Origin: Deltaproteobacteria bacterium
GTDB lineage: Bacteria > Desulfobacterota_D > UBA1144 > Nemesobacterales > UBA2774
Reading direction: 5' to 3'
Length of the DNA stretch: 64,000 bases
Assembly: GCA_029262275.1 (NCBI GenBank)
Contig: JAJCZS010000033.1
Span: 2,350 to 66,349 of the forward strand
A program made the translations under genes and the position numbers. Under the pieces are notes generated by a model. That model did no database searches. It was not told where the DNA came from and saw nothing but the letters and a program-made list of their open reading frames with translations. Positions 40,118 to 49,976 of this stretch are shown here, piece after piece; within the stretch, counting starts at the first letter, position 1; each line of letters begins with the position of its first letter.

Positions 40118-40759
40118 CTAAGCTGTTTCTAACTCTCTCTTTAATTGCCTGTTTTTTCTTAGAAGATCATAAATATAAATTATTAAGATCACCCAAACAA
40201 CTATGTGACCCCAAAATAGATAGTTTAGCCTAAGAGGAATGGCCTCGAGTTTAACATTGTCGAGCCATACCTTGCCCTGTCCTTCCACTATTAGATTGAG
40301 TTTTACACTCTGGGGACTATCTCCTTTGTCTATATATAAAACTGTCTCGGCCCCTCTCCAATCTGTGGTTCCTGATATGGGAACTCGAGGACCTCTGGAC
40401 ACAAGCTCTTGCCCATCAGGGAATTTAGCAAGTAGTTCTAAATATGAAATACCTCTTGAATCCTCTGAAGCAATTAGGTTCTCTGAACGAATTTGTGCTC
40501 TATATGTTAGACGTTTATTGCCGAAATCTTCTTGGTCTAGCTCAAATAGCTCCACAGTAAGAGGCTTGCTTGCATTTATTAACAAAGACCCTGTATCGTC
40601 TACTGAAGTTTCTGTATCAATCTCTACATTAGTTTGCGTAATTATCTCACTAGTATTTGAAATAGGGAGTTCTATCTCTTTTTCTTGAGCAAGAGTTTTT
40701 AGGTTTGAAATAGCTATAATAACAAGAAGTAAGAATATAAAATGAAACTTGTCTCTCAT
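40118..40759 (-). CDS. Hypothetical periplasmic protein with C-terminal membrane anchor
   Basis: 213 aa. Signal peptide and a C-terminal TM helix (LFWGHIVVWVILIIYIYDLL). Embedded in the ccm cluster and co-directional with it. An antisense ORF on the plus strand (40239-40688) is rejected. Confidence 0.5.
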   Translation of the reverse strand: MRDKFHFIFLLLVIIAISNLKTLAQEKEIELPISNTSEIITQTNVEIDTETSVDDTGSLLINASKPLTVELFELDQEDFGNKRLTYRAQIRSENLIASEDSRGISYLELLAKFPDGQELVSRGPRVPISGTTDWRGAETVLYIDKGDSPQSVKLNLIVEGQGKVWLDNVKLEAIPLRLNYLFWGHIVVWVILIIYIYDLLRKNRQLKRELETA

Positions 40760-40861
40760 GTCTGTAACCCGAATATAGCATACCCGTCATTTTTGACATA
40801 AAAAGCATAATTTTGAACGTAAAAAGTATAATATTGTAGATTATGTGATTACTGAATGGAT

Positions 40862-41566
40862 TTAGAACTCAAACCAATCATCATCCTCTTTTCTTTCATA
40901 AACAACTTCTTCTTTGTCTTGTTTGTATTGCAGAAAAAGTCCAAAAATCCCTAAAGCTAGCCAAAGGGTAGTAATATAGTATGTAAAATGGTTTCTGATA
41001 AATTCCTCGCTAAGCGGGAAAAACTCATTATTTTCTGAATAGATACCAACAGTTGCCACAATGAGCGCGCCAGTAAATGCAGTCATGCACATTACAAATA
41101 ATTTTGTAAATATTGGATAGTATATTTCTATAATCACAAAAAATATGGCTAGAACTATAATTGTTCCTAATGCATATGCACGAGGTATTGAAAAAAAGGA
41201 CGGCAGATTAAACGTTAGACAAACAATTATATCTATAGAAACAAAGAAAAGTACCATTAACAATGTTCTTGTGATGTAACCAAACCCTTGAATTAAAGCT
41301 GAAAGTATTAACCAAAACAACATATAGAGGAACTTTGGTACTAATGAAAGATCTAGAACTCTTTTGTTTGGCCCAGGAAATATTCGGTGAACAATATTGT
41401 CATAAAAATTGCTTTGTCGTTTTAGGAGAGTTATCAAATATTGATCAATTCTATAGCCAAAAAAGCAAAGAATAAGCCCAATGAAAAGAGAGATACATAA
41501 TAAAATGTATGTTAGAAATGAATACATGCCCATGATTTCTTCACATTTATTATATAAACATATCAA
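40862..41566 (-). CDS. Polytopic membrane protein, DUF4203-like (hypothetical)
   Basis: 234 aa, ~7 TM helices. Shares an N-terminal LxLCFFGYRI motif with the adjacent paralog. 4-bp overlap with the upstream gene. Confidence 0.5.
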   Translation of the reverse strand: MICLYNKCEEIMGMYSFLTYILLCISLFIGLILCFFGYRIDQYLITLLKRQSNFYDNIVHRIFPGPNKRVLDLSLVPKFLYMLFWLILSALIQGFGYITRTLLMVLFFVSIDIIVCLTFNLPSFFSIPRAYALGTIIVLAIFFVIIEIYYPIFTKLFVMCMTAFTGALIVATVGIYSENNEFFPLSEEFIRNHFTYYITTLWLALGIFGLFLQYKQDKEEVVYERKEDDDWFEF

Positions 41567-42234
41567 ACTTCATCAGAAGACTCCATAGTGTGCTCAGGTA
41601 TCCCCTTTTTAGGAAAAATGAAATATTGTATTAAGAATCCCAAACCAGACAACGCTATCCAGCCTAGAATGAGTCTATAAAGCTCAATATCTCCAATATT
41701 GTTAATAAACTCCGGGTTAGCGGGGTCAAATTTACTGCTTATAAGATATATCACGCTTATTACAGATAACCAGGCTCCAATCGCTGCAGTCATAAGAATA
41801 ATCATGAATTTTTGCAACAATAAGGCTACAATTCCACAAAACAAAGCAGGTATTACATATAAAATTGGTTCAATTATAATATCAAACGTTGCAATGATTC
41901 CTGAAAATAAAATGATTCCAAATAAGGCTCCTAGTAGAAAAACCCCTGCAGAATATAGAAATAACAAAATTATAGAAAGAATAAGACCTCCAGCTAAACC
42001 AGCTCCTATAACAACCAAGAAATCGCTACCTTTAGTAAAATGGAGTATAGATTCTTGAGTAAAAGCAAGTACCACAGCTACTGACAATAATGCACCTACC
42101 AAGAACCCTGTCACAGCCAGTAAAAATCTTAAGATTCTATAGCCAAACAAGCAGATAACTAAACCAAATATCGCTGCTGATATGAATAAAAGATTCGTTA
42201 TATTGGGAGCTAGATTCATTAGATGTACTTCCAA
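41563..42234 (-). CDS. Polytopic membrane protein, DUF4203-like paralog (hypothetical)
   Basis: 223 aa, ~7 TM helices. N-terminal LVICLFGYRILRFLL is homologous to LILCFFGYRIDQYLI of the neighbouring gene. Confidence 0.5.
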   Translation of the reverse strand: MEVHLMNLAPNITNLLFISAAIFGLVICLFGYRILRFLLAVTGFLVGALLSVAVVLAFTQESILHFTKGSDFLVVIGAGLAGGLILSIILLFLYSAGVFLLGALFGIILFSGIIATFDIIIEPILYVIPALFCGIVALLLQKFMIILMTAAIGAWLSVISVIYLISSKFDPANPEFINNIGDIELYRLILGWIALSGLGFLIQYFIFPKKGIPEHTMESSDEV

Positions 42235-42351
42235 CCAATGCTTTAACTATTAGGATATAGAGAAAATATTATTTTACATATATTCAGCATGTTATAAGGA
42301 TATTTTACATTAATACCTTAGAATACTTAAAGTTCTATTTTGGCAGGTTGT

Positions 42352-43044
42352 TTAGCTCATTTTAAGTCTTGCAACTGCATCTTTCATTCGCTCCAAATCG
42401 GTTCTTTCAAGAAGAAGAACTACAAACAATAAAGAGCAAGCAAACATGTTTATTAAAAGTGCGTTCATCATCTCAGGAGATATACCTCCACCACCTGGAC
42501 CGAACACCACGGGAGAAATGCCTCTCATTACTCTTGCTGAAATATATACAAGCGGTAGGTCAATGAATGCAATAATTGCAAATACAGCTGCATATTTGGC
42601 TTTTTTAGTATCATTGCCTGCTGATGATCTGAGTACAAGATAGACGATATAGAGTATCCAGAGAATAAAAGTAGTAGTTAGCTGAGGATCCCAAGTCCAC
42701 CAGGTACCCCAAATAGGTTTAGCCCAAACACTACCTGTAATAATGGTCAGAGTTAAAAACAACACGCCCAATTCCGCCGAGCAATATGCCAAGATGTCCC
42801 ACTTCCGAGTCCCCTTCCACAAATACATAATGCTTGCTATAAACACAATAATAAATGCTACAGTGGCTACCCAGACGGTTCCCATATGGAAATAGAAGAT
42901 TCTTTGTATATGGCCCATCTTTGGCTCAGTTGGAGCATAAATGAAGGCAGCATATACAGAAGCTATAATGCTAATAAAGGCTAGAATGAATAAAATTCGT
43001 CTTATCATATGAATTAGATTTGCGACAAACCCGCTAGGATTCAT
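42352..43044 (-). CDS. ccmC: Heme exporter protein CcmC
   Basis: 230 aa. Canonical WWD motif WGTWWTWDPQLTT and conserved His residues. Overlaps ccmB by 11 bp. Confidence 0.9.
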   Translation of the reverse strand: MNPSGFVANLIHMIRRILFILAFISIIASVYAAFIYAPTEPKMGHIQRIFYFHMGTVWVATVAFIIVFIASIMYLWKGTRKWDILAYCSAELGVLFLTLTIITGSVWAKPIWGTWWTWDPQLTTTFILWILYIVYLVLRSSAGNDTKKAKYAAVFAIIAFIDLPLVYISARVMRGISPVVFGPGGGGISPEMMNALLINMFACSLLFVVLLLERTDLERMKDAVARLKMS

Positions 43045-43717
43045 CTATTATATATTCAAATGTAACAGCACAAGCTGTTACAAAGATTATATCGAAGGCT
43101 ATAAGGAGTTTCAAAGATGCACTTGCATCAAAAATCGTATTGCCATCTAAAACTTCTCCACTTAATTTAACTGCACTTACTATAACGGGGATTATTATTG
43201 GGAACAACAGTATAGGCAAAAGCACTTCTCTGAGCCTAGTATTTATAGCCATGGCTGAGAAAAGAGTGCCCACCGAAACAAATCCAATTGACCCCAATAA
43301 CACTATAGGAATCATTGGGATTAAAGTAGATACAAAGTCATAGTTGAAGAACAATATAAACATTAAGACTGTTATAACGCCGACGATAAAGACAAAAATT
43401 GTGTTACTTATCATTTTGCCAGCGTAAATTAAGCTTCTATCTGTAGGTGTCAGAAGCATGCCCATAATCGCATTTCCTTCTTTCTCCAGAGCAAATGAAC
43501 GGCTTAGGCCCAGAATTCCTGCAAAAATAAATGCAATCCAAAGCATAGCTGGAGCTGCAAGGTTAAGAATTTCTACCGAAAAACCAAATGCAAAATTAAA
43601 AACTACTATAATAAGTAGCGCAAAGAGCAGCATTGAGGAAAACAGCTCCTTGGTTCTAAGCTCAGTTACTATATCTTTTTTTATAATTGCTAGTACTTTG
43701 TTCATTTGCGGCAACAA
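43034..43717 (-). CDS. ccmB: Heme exporter protein CcmB (ABC permease)
   Basis: 227 aa, 6 TM helices. Position between ccmA and ccmC is typical. The FxxE-like region is present. Confidence 0.78.
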   Translation of the reverse strand: MLPQMNKVLAIIKKDIVTELRTKELFSSMLLFALLIIVVFNFAFGFSVEILNLAAPAMLWIAFIFAGILGLSRSFALEKEGNAIMGMLLTPTDRSLIYAGKMISNTIFVFIVGVITVLMFILFFNYDFVSTLIPMIPIVLLGSIGFVSVGTLFSAMAINTRLREVLLPILLFPIIIPVIVSAVKLSGEVLDGNTIFDASASLKLLIAFDIIFVTACAVTFEYIIDES

Positions 43718-43851
43718 AACAACAATTTTTTCTTTTATTATAACTGATAGACCGTTAAAAGTTAGAGTTATACATTAAACAATCCAAACTTGATTATATA
43801 TTTATACAATTACAGCACTTTAGACTGTAAAACTAATGTGATTGTTTAGTA

Positions 43852-43899
43852 GTAAAATATAAAAACTGGGCGGCAAGCGTAGCATACTTACCACCCAGT
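43852..43899 (-). terminator. Putative rho-independent terminator downstream of the cytochrome P460 gene
   Basis: On the minus strand: CTGGGTGG-(loop)-CCGCCCAG hairpin followed by TTTTTATATTTT. It lies between the cyt P460 stop and the ccmB start. Confidence 0.5.
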
Positions 43900-43930
43900 G
43901 TGAAGGGAATACAAATAAAAAGCTTTATAT

Positions 43931-44443
43931 TTACCGTGTCATAATGTTATAAATACCGCCAGTAGATGCCACATGGCAGCCAATACACCCTTTTGGTTTA
44001 CCTGCTAGGGTAACACTCATTTTTTTGCCATCTTTTTCCATCTCTTTTACTTCAACTGTTCCATCAGGAGTGTATTTAACCCAAAAATAGTCATCTTTGC
44101 CCTCACCTGTTTTATCCATAACAGTTATTGCTCCAAGTGTCCCATCAGGCATATAGTTTTCCTTTATTATAATTGAGCCCTTGGGCATCTGTTTAGCCTC
44201 TGCTTTGAGGGCATTTGCTGCAACCTCATTAATATAAGTAGTAAGCAGCGCTCCGTGTGGGTGCGTACCTTTATATAACTTTCCTTTTCCTGGCCAAAGC
44301 GCCCAATTATCCTGATATTTTGCATCCTGCATCGAGCTCCAAAGTTTTGAAGCCTGAACAGATGCATCTCCACCTAATCCAGTCCCTATGTAAACAAATC
44401 CCACAGCTAGTACAAAGATAGTTAAATATAATAAATTTCTCAT
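43931..44443 (-). CDS. Cytochrome P460 / cytochrome c'-beta family protein (periplasmic, mono-heme)
   Basis: 170 aa. Signal peptide and a single CIGCH heme motif near the C-terminus, as in the P460/c'-beta family. Beta-rich composition. Confidence 0.6.
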   Translation of the reverse strand: MRNLLYLTIFVLAVGFVYIGTGLGGDASVQASKLWSSMQDAKYQDNWALWPGKGKLYKGTHPHGALLTTYINEVAANALKAEAKQMPKGSIIIKENYMPDGTLGAITVMDKTGEGKDDYFWVKYTPDGTVEVKEMEKDGKKMSVTLAGKPKGCIGCHVASTGGIYNIMTR

Positions 44444-44548
44444 ACTTAGCCTCCCCCGCTTGTTCTTTATAAGATAAGATGCAGGGAAATCAAATCCGTT
44501 TCAGAGAATTTGAAATTATTAAGTTAAGAGTTTAAAAAGGGGTGGGTA

Positions 44549-45280
44549 TTAACTGCCCTCTACATTGGAGATATAGAGATCTTTAAAGTTTGAAGGATTA
44601 ATATCACTTGCTGGGCTATCAAAAACAATCTTTCCTTTCACTAAAATTCCAACCCTATCGCTAAGGCCCAGCCCCTCATCAATATTATGAGTGGTCATAA
44701 GTATAGTTCGGCTCTGGCTTTTTAAATCTGACAGCATTTCTCCAAATATTTGGGCTCCGTTTAGATCTAACCCCGTATAGGGCTCATCTAGAAGGAGAAT
44801 CTTGGGTTCATGGACAATCGCCCGTGCTACAGTTAGGCGCTGTTTCATACCTCTGGAGAAAGTTCTTACTAAGTCATGCATACGTGATTTGAGACCTACC
44901 TGCTCTATTACGGTACTCACTCTATTGTCTATATTTAAAAGCCCATACAATTCAGCAAAAAATTTAATATTCTCAAAAGCAGTTAGATTTTCATAAAGAT
45001 ATGTATCATGAGAGATTACGCCTATTATAGTTCTTATAGATTGAACTTCACTTTTTGCATCGTAGTCAAACACTCTCAAGCTTCCAGAAGTAGGAGCCGT
45101 AAGGGTTGCAAGGAGTTTTATTAGAGTTGTCTTACCTGCCCCATTGGGACCAAAGAGTGTAAAGAACTCCCCTCTTTTTATCTTTAAGGAAACCCCCCTT
45201 AGTGCATCAAAATTACCATAGGTTTTCTTAAGTTCTTCAGCCAGAATATCAAAATCAGAATTTGTACTTGAGTTTGTCAT
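44549..45280 (-). CDS. ccmA: Heme exporter ATP-binding protein CcmA (ABC ATPase)
   Basis: 243 aa. Walker A GPNGAGKTT, ABC signature (SRGMKQRLTVARA), Walker B LLLDEP. Upstream of ccmB/ccmC. Confidence 0.8.
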   Translation of the reverse strand: MTNSSTNSDFDILAEELKKTYGNFDALRGVSLKIKRGEFFTLFGPNGAGKTTLIKLLATLTAPTSGSLRVFDYDAKSEVQSIRTIIGVISHDTYLYENLTAFENIKFFAELYGLLNIDNRVSTVIEQVGLKSRMHDLVRTFSRGMKQRLTVARAIVHEPKILLLDEPYTGLDLNGAQIFGEMLSDLKSQSRTILMTTHNIDEGLGLSDRVGILVKGKIVFDSPASDINPSNFKDLYISNVEGS

Positions 45281-45297
45281 AATAGTTCTAAAATGAG

Positions 45298-46341
45298 CTA
45301 AGCTTTAACTACGTATTTGAGAAGCTCATCTGTTCCACCTAAATCGTCAACCCATAGCTTTAGTTCTTCCATCCCACTATCCATATCTACTGAGGGTTCA
45401 TAGCCAATTTCATCCTTAGCTTTTTGGATCTTATAGCTCCTTGATCCAGAAAGTGCAGCAACGGCCATTTTTGTTAGCACCGGTGGTTTCTTAGATTTAG
45501 TTAGCTTAAATATAGTCTCTAGAACTGCAGCTACTGAGAATGCAAATTTATATGGGATAGAAAACCCAGGCCTCCACTCTACTCCGGATGCCTTTAGTTG
45601 GTTTGCAAGAAAATCCATATAAGGAATCTTAGCTCCATCATTTATAAAATATATATTCCCAGGGGCATTCTTATTTCCTACCAAGATCAACAAAGCTTTA
45701 ACAAGGTTGTCTACATGACATGGTGTAACAAACCTATCTCCACTACCCATGGGGTACAATATCCCCTTCTTAGCGGCCATAACCACGCGAGGAAGTATAA
45801 CAGTATCCCCAGCTCCCCATACATTAGAGGGCCTAACAACAGTTGTTTCAAGTTCCTTCTCTTTAAAATACTGTAAGACTAATTTCTCAGCTTCAATCTT
45901 TGTAGCATTATAATGATCCACCTTTGTGTCTGCGTATGGATAGGTCTCATCAATGTCTACTAAATTATGAGGTCTCCAAAATTGTGATTTCCAAACTACT
46001 GTTGAGGAGCTCATATAAATAAATCTTTTTATACCATGAGCTTTTGAAGACTCTAGAAGTATTCGGGTAGCATCAACATTATATTTATAGAAATTCTCTT
46101 TATCTCCCCAGTCTGTTACAAGGGCAGCTAGATGGAAAACAACATCCCCGCCAGCAGGCAGATCCCTCAGAGCATCTACGTCAGATAGGTCTCCGTGAAA
46201 GAGCTCTACCCCAAGTTCTTCTAAAAGAGAAACATTACTCGTTTTTCTAACCAAGCACCTTACATCATAGCCATTAGCTACAAGAGCCTTGACCAGTTTG
46301 CTTCCTATAAACCCTGTACCGCCTGTGACAATAGCTTTCAT
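45298..46341 (-). CDS. NAD-dependent epimerase/dehydratase (extended SDR)
   Basis: 347 aa. TGGTGFIGSKLV Rossmann motif and a YxxxK catalytic pair (YNATK). Confidence 0.8.
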   Translation of the reverse strand: MKAIVTGGTGFIGSKLVKALVANGYDVRCLVRKTSNVSLLEELGVELFHGDLSDVDALRDLPAGGDVVFHLAALVTDWGDKENFYKYNVDATRILLESSKAHGIKRFIYMSSSTVVWKSQFWRPHNLVDIDETYPYADTKVDHYNATKIEAEKLVLQYFKEKELETTVVRPSNVWGAGDTVILPRVVMAAKKGILYPMGSGDRFVTPCHVDNLVKALLILVGNKNAPGNIYFINDGAKIPYMDFLANQLKASGVEWRPGFSIPYKFAFSVAAVLETIFKLTKSKKPPVLTKMAVAALSGSRSYKIQKAKDEIGYEPSVDMDSGMEELKLWVDDLGGTDELLKYVVKA

Positions 46342-46700
46342 TCTTCAAACATCCAAGTCCTAATTTATTTTGTATTAATATACTCTTAAACAGTGAATAT
46401 CGTCAAAAGTACGGTTCTAAACAGGGTTATTTAGAAAAGAAAAGCCCCGTTTATGTACACTTACTATACACAAACGGGGTCAGGAGGATGTATGGTCAAT
46501 ATTACTTAGCTAATTGCCTTTATATTCTAAAAATAGTCATGAAATATTCATTTTCAAGGCACAGCGATAATATTTGCTAAATCCGATGGTTTAAAAGTTC
46601 GTTTAAGCTCTTAACACTCTCTTTAAATTTTAAATGTAAGATCATTGACAACTTGTCTGATATGGGACAAAATTAGGCACCTTACAAAAGGAGGACTACT

Positions 46701-47252
46701 TTGTTAATACCTAAAACAGCATTTATCACTAAGGGAGTAGGAAAACATAGAGAAAAGTTAACGAGCTTTGAGATGGCTCTTAGAAATGCCAAAATAGCTG
46801 AATTCAATTTGGTAAAAGTGTCTAGCATTTTCCCTCCTGAATGTAAGCTTGTTCAAAGAGCACATGGTCTTAAAAATTTATTTCCAGGACAGATACTTCA
46901 TGTGGTAATGAGTGAGAACGCCACAAATGAACCTAACCGTCTTGTAGCAGCTTCAGCCGGAGTTGCTATACCTAAGGATACCAATAGGCACGGGTATATA
47001 TCCGAGCACCATAGTTTTGGAGAGAAAGATACAGTAGCTGGTGAATACGCTGAAGACTTAGCAGCTTATATGCTAGCCACAACCCTCGGAGTCCCATTTG
47101 ATCCGGATAAGAGCTATGATGAGCAAAAAGATATATGGAAAATTAGTGACCATATAGTTAAAACCATAAATGTCACTCAAACAGCTGTGGGAGATAAAAA
47201 TGGACTTTGGACCACAGTAGTGGCAGCAGTAGTATTTGCTACATATAGATGA
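46701..47252 (+). CDS. pdaD: Pyruvoyl-dependent arginine decarboxylase (PdaD family)
   Basis: 183 aa. N-terminal MLIPKTAFITKGVG...VKVSSIFPP, with an SS pair at the expected self-cleavage position of PdaD proenzymes. Confidence 0.78.
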   Translation: MLIPKTAFITKGVGKHREKLTSFEMALRNAKIAEFNLVKVSSIFPPECKLVQRAHGLKNLFPGQILHVVMSENATNEPNRLVAASAGVAIPKDTNRHGYISEHHSFGEKDTVAGEYAEDLAAYMLATTLGVPFDPDKSYDEQKDIWKISDHIVKTINVTQTAVGDKNGLWTTVVAAVVFATYR

Positions 47253-47261
47253 GGTTAATAA

Positions 47262-48314
47262 TTAACCGTAATGCTCTTTAATCCAAGTTAGGTATTCGCC
47301 GCTCCTAACATTATTTACCCAAGCATCGTTCTCTAAATACCATTTTATAGTTTTTAGAAGCCCGGTCTCAAATGATTCAACCGGCATCCATCCAAGCTGG
47401 CTACAAATTTTATTTGAATCTATGGCGTAGCGTCTGTCGTGTCCGGGACGATCTGCAACAAAGGTAATAAGACCTCTCCTGGATTCTCTATTTGGTCTTT
47501 TCCCGACAATAACATCTAGATAATCACAGATCATCTCCACTACTTTAATATTCTGTGTTTCATTGCGACCACCGATATTGTAGGTCTCACCAATCCTACC
47601 CTTTTGCATGATTGTCCAGATAGCCGTGCAGTGATCTCTGACATAGAGCCAGTCCCTTATATTAAGACCATCGCCGTATATAGGGAGAGCAGTATCTTCT
47701 AGGGCATTTAATATCATAAGTGGTATAAGCTTTTCTGGAAACTGAAAAGGACCATAATTATTTGAGCAGTTCGAGATTGTTATGGGAAGGTCAAAAGTTT
47801 TGTTGTAAGCTCTGACCAGATGATCAGAAGAAGCCTTGGAGGCGGAATAAGGACTGTTGGGGCTGTAATGTGTGCTCTCCGTAAAGTATCCTCCATCCTC
47901 TAAACTACCGAAAACTTCATCGGTGCTAATATGATGAAACAAACGAATGCGCCCTCCTCTTTCTCTTGAGAGCTCAAGCAAATTATATGTGCCAAGAATA
48001 TTTGTTCTTATAAATTCAATTGGGCTTGCAATGGAGCGGTCAACATGAGACTCTGCTGCAAAATGGCATATTGCATCTATCTCAAATTTATCAAAAACCA
48101 CAGAGAGGGAGTCTTTGTCAGATATATCAGCTTTAACAAAAAAGTATCTATCCTCATAACTCTCTTCTATATCACAAAGGCTCTCAGGATTGCCTGCGTA
48201 AGTGAGCTTATCAACATTTATTATACGCCCCTCGAAGTCCGACTCCTCGAGTAGGTATCTAATGAAGTTAACGCCAATAAATCCTGCCCCGCCAGTTATG
48301 AGTAGATTTTTCAT
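47262..48314 (-). CDS. rfbB: dTDP-glucose 4,6-dehydratase
   Basis: 350 aa. [15 protein letters not shown] (YxxxK) and overall RfbB-type architecture. Confidence 0.88.
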   Translation of the reverse strand: MKNLLITGGAGFIGVNFIRYLLEESDFEGRIINVDKLTYAGNPESLCDIEESYEDRYFFVKADISDKDSLSVVFDKFEIDAICHFAAESHVDRSIASPIEFIRTNILGTYNLLELSRERGGRIRLFHHISTDEVFGSLEDGGYFTESTHYSPNSPYSASKASSDHLVRAYNKTFDLPITISNCSNNYGPFQFPEKLIPLMILNALEDTALPIYGDGLNIRDWLYVRDHCTAIWTIMQKGRIGETYNIGGRNETQNIKVVEMICDYLDVIVGKRPNRESRRGLITFVADRPGHDRRYAIDSNKICSQLGWMPVESFETGLLKTIKWYLENDAWVNNVRSGEYLTWIKEHYG

Positions 48315-48315
48315 A

Positions 48316-49971
48316 TTAGTGTTTTAACATTTCCTGTGCTGCGTCTATGGTTTTCTGAGTGATATTAAATCCGCCAATCATCCTTGCAAGCTCGGCCACT
48401 CTGTCGTTTCCTTCTAGAGTCTTTATAGTAACTTGGGTTTTGTTATTATCATGAGTTTTAGAAACACTAAGATGAGAGTCTGCAAATTTTGCTACTTGCG
48501 GGAGATGCGTAATGCAAATTACCTGATAGCTCTGCGACAAATTGCTGATTTTCAGACCTACCGACTCTGCAACAGCGCCACCCACCCCCGAGTCTGCCTC
48601 GTCAAATATTATCACTGAGCCTCCCTCTACTCTTGCTATAACTTCTTTAAGCACAAGCATTATACGTGAGAGCTCACCGCCTGAGGCTACTTTAGTAAGC
48701 GGTTTAGGTGCCTCATCAGGGTTTGCAGAAAATAAAAAAGCTATATCGTCGATTCCATTTGAAGATACTTCCTTCTCATTAAACTCTATGTGGAATTTTC
48801 CTCCCTTAATTCCTACTTCTTTTAATTCTCTCTCCAGAGCTGCTGTTAATTTAGCTGCTGATTGTTTTCTCTTTTTTGATAGTCTCTTAGACATAGATAT
48901 TAGCGCAGCCATTAATTTCTCTGACTTTTCCGTGAGCAATTTAACTTGTTCATCAAAATGCTCAATATTGTCCACTTCTTTCTTAATCTCATCTCTTCTA
49001 TTAATTATTTCAGAAATGCTATCACCATATTTTCTCTTAAGCGTGTTTATAAGATGTATCCTGTCCTCAAGATCTTCCAGGGTCCCTGAGTCAGATGTAA
49101 GCACTGATGCGTAGTCTCTGATAGAATAGGTAGCTTCCTCTAGTTGTAAGGCCCCCTTTTCTATCGATAGACCAATTTCTTTTAGAGTTGGATCAATCTC
49201 TCCTATTTCTTTAAAATCACCTATCAAATTTTGAAGCTTCCCTAAAACAGAGCTTTCATTTTCATAAAGTGCTTCGTAAGCTCCAGAAGCTGTAGATTTC
49301 AATTTCTCAGCATTTAGCAGTCTTAATTTCTCTTCTTCAAGCTTCTCATCTTCTCCTGGGATCAATTCGGCCCCGTCAATTTCACTCAACTGATATTTAA
49401 TATAATCCTCTTTTTCAATCTTATCTTTTTGTGATTGCACTAGATCATCTAGTTCATTTTTTATTGACATATAGTCTTGGTAGGACTCTTTTATATTCTG
49501 CGTCTCTGCAGAGGTTTGTCCAAAATCATCGACTATTTTCAAATGATTCTCATCACGCAGCAGACTTTGGTGCTCGTGTTGGCTAAATATATCAACCAGG
49601 CCCTGTGTTATCCGAGATAAGAGTGATATTGTTGAAAGGCTGCCATTGATGAATACGCGGCTCCTAGAGTTACGTTGGATAACTCTTTTGATGAGAAGCT
49701 CCCCTGATGAGGTTTCAAATCCTGCACTCTCAAGCCTCTCTTTGATTACTTCATCACGCGATATATCAAAAAGTGCTTCTATATGTGCTTCTTCAGCTCC
49801 GCTCTTAATATTATCCGCAGAGGCTTTATCACCCAAGATAATGTTTAAAGCATCCACTATCACGGATTTACCCGCACCGGTCTCTCCGGTAATAATGTTT
49901 AGACCGCTACTGAGACCTACAGAGAGGTCTTCAATAATTGTGAAGTTTTTTAAGGTGAGTCCTAAAAGCAA
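48316..49971 (-). CDS. recN: DNA repair protein RecN
   Basis: 551 aa SMC-like protein. N-terminal Walker A (GETGAGKS), long coiled coil, C-terminal signature and Walker B ([12 protein letters not shown]). Confidence 0.9.
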   Translation of the reverse strand: MLLGLTLKNFTIIEDLSVGLSSGLNIITGETGAGKSVIVDALNIILGDKASADNIKSGAEEAHIEALFDISRDEVIKERLESAGFETSSGELLIKRVIQRNSRSRVFINGSLSTISLLSRITQGLVDIFSQHEHQSLLRDENHLKIVDDFGQTSAETQNIKESYQDYMSIKNELDDLVQSQKDKIEKEDYIKYQLSEIDGAELIPGEDEKLEEEKLRLLNAEKLKSTASGAYEALYENESSVLGKLQNLIGDFKEIGEIDPTLKEIGLSIEKGALQLEEATYSIRDYASVLTSDSGTLEDLEDRIHLINTLKRKYGDSISEIINRRDEIKKEVDNIEHFDEQVKLLTEKSEKLMAALISMSKRLSKKRKQSAAKLTAALERELKEVGIKGGKFHIEFNEKEVSSNGIDDIAFLFSANPDEAPKPLTKVASGGELSRIMLVLKEVIARVEGGSVIIFDEADSGVGGAVAESVGLKISNLSQSYQVICITHLPQVAKFADSHLSVSKTHDNNKTQVTIKTLEGNDRVAELARMIGGFNITQKTIDAAQEMLKH

Positions 49972-49976
49972 TTGCC

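Noticed and set aside
40239-40688. 149-aa plus-strand ORF overlapping the 213-aa minus-strand gene in the ccm cluster
   Set aside because: The minus-strand product has a signal peptide and a C-terminal TM helix and matches the operon orientation. The plus-strand product is an S/L/P-rich antisense-type sequence.
47253-47268. Perfect AT-rich palindrome GGTTAATAATTAACC between the convergent pdaD and rfbB genes
   Set aside because: The stem is too short and weak to call a terminator, and it lacks a flanking U-run. It could be a protein-binding site, but no evidence supports that.
48542-49114. 190-aa and other plus-strand ORFs (48433-48618, 49646-50056) antisense to recN
   Set aside because: They are embedded opposite a clear RecN CDS and have serine-rich low-complexity translations.
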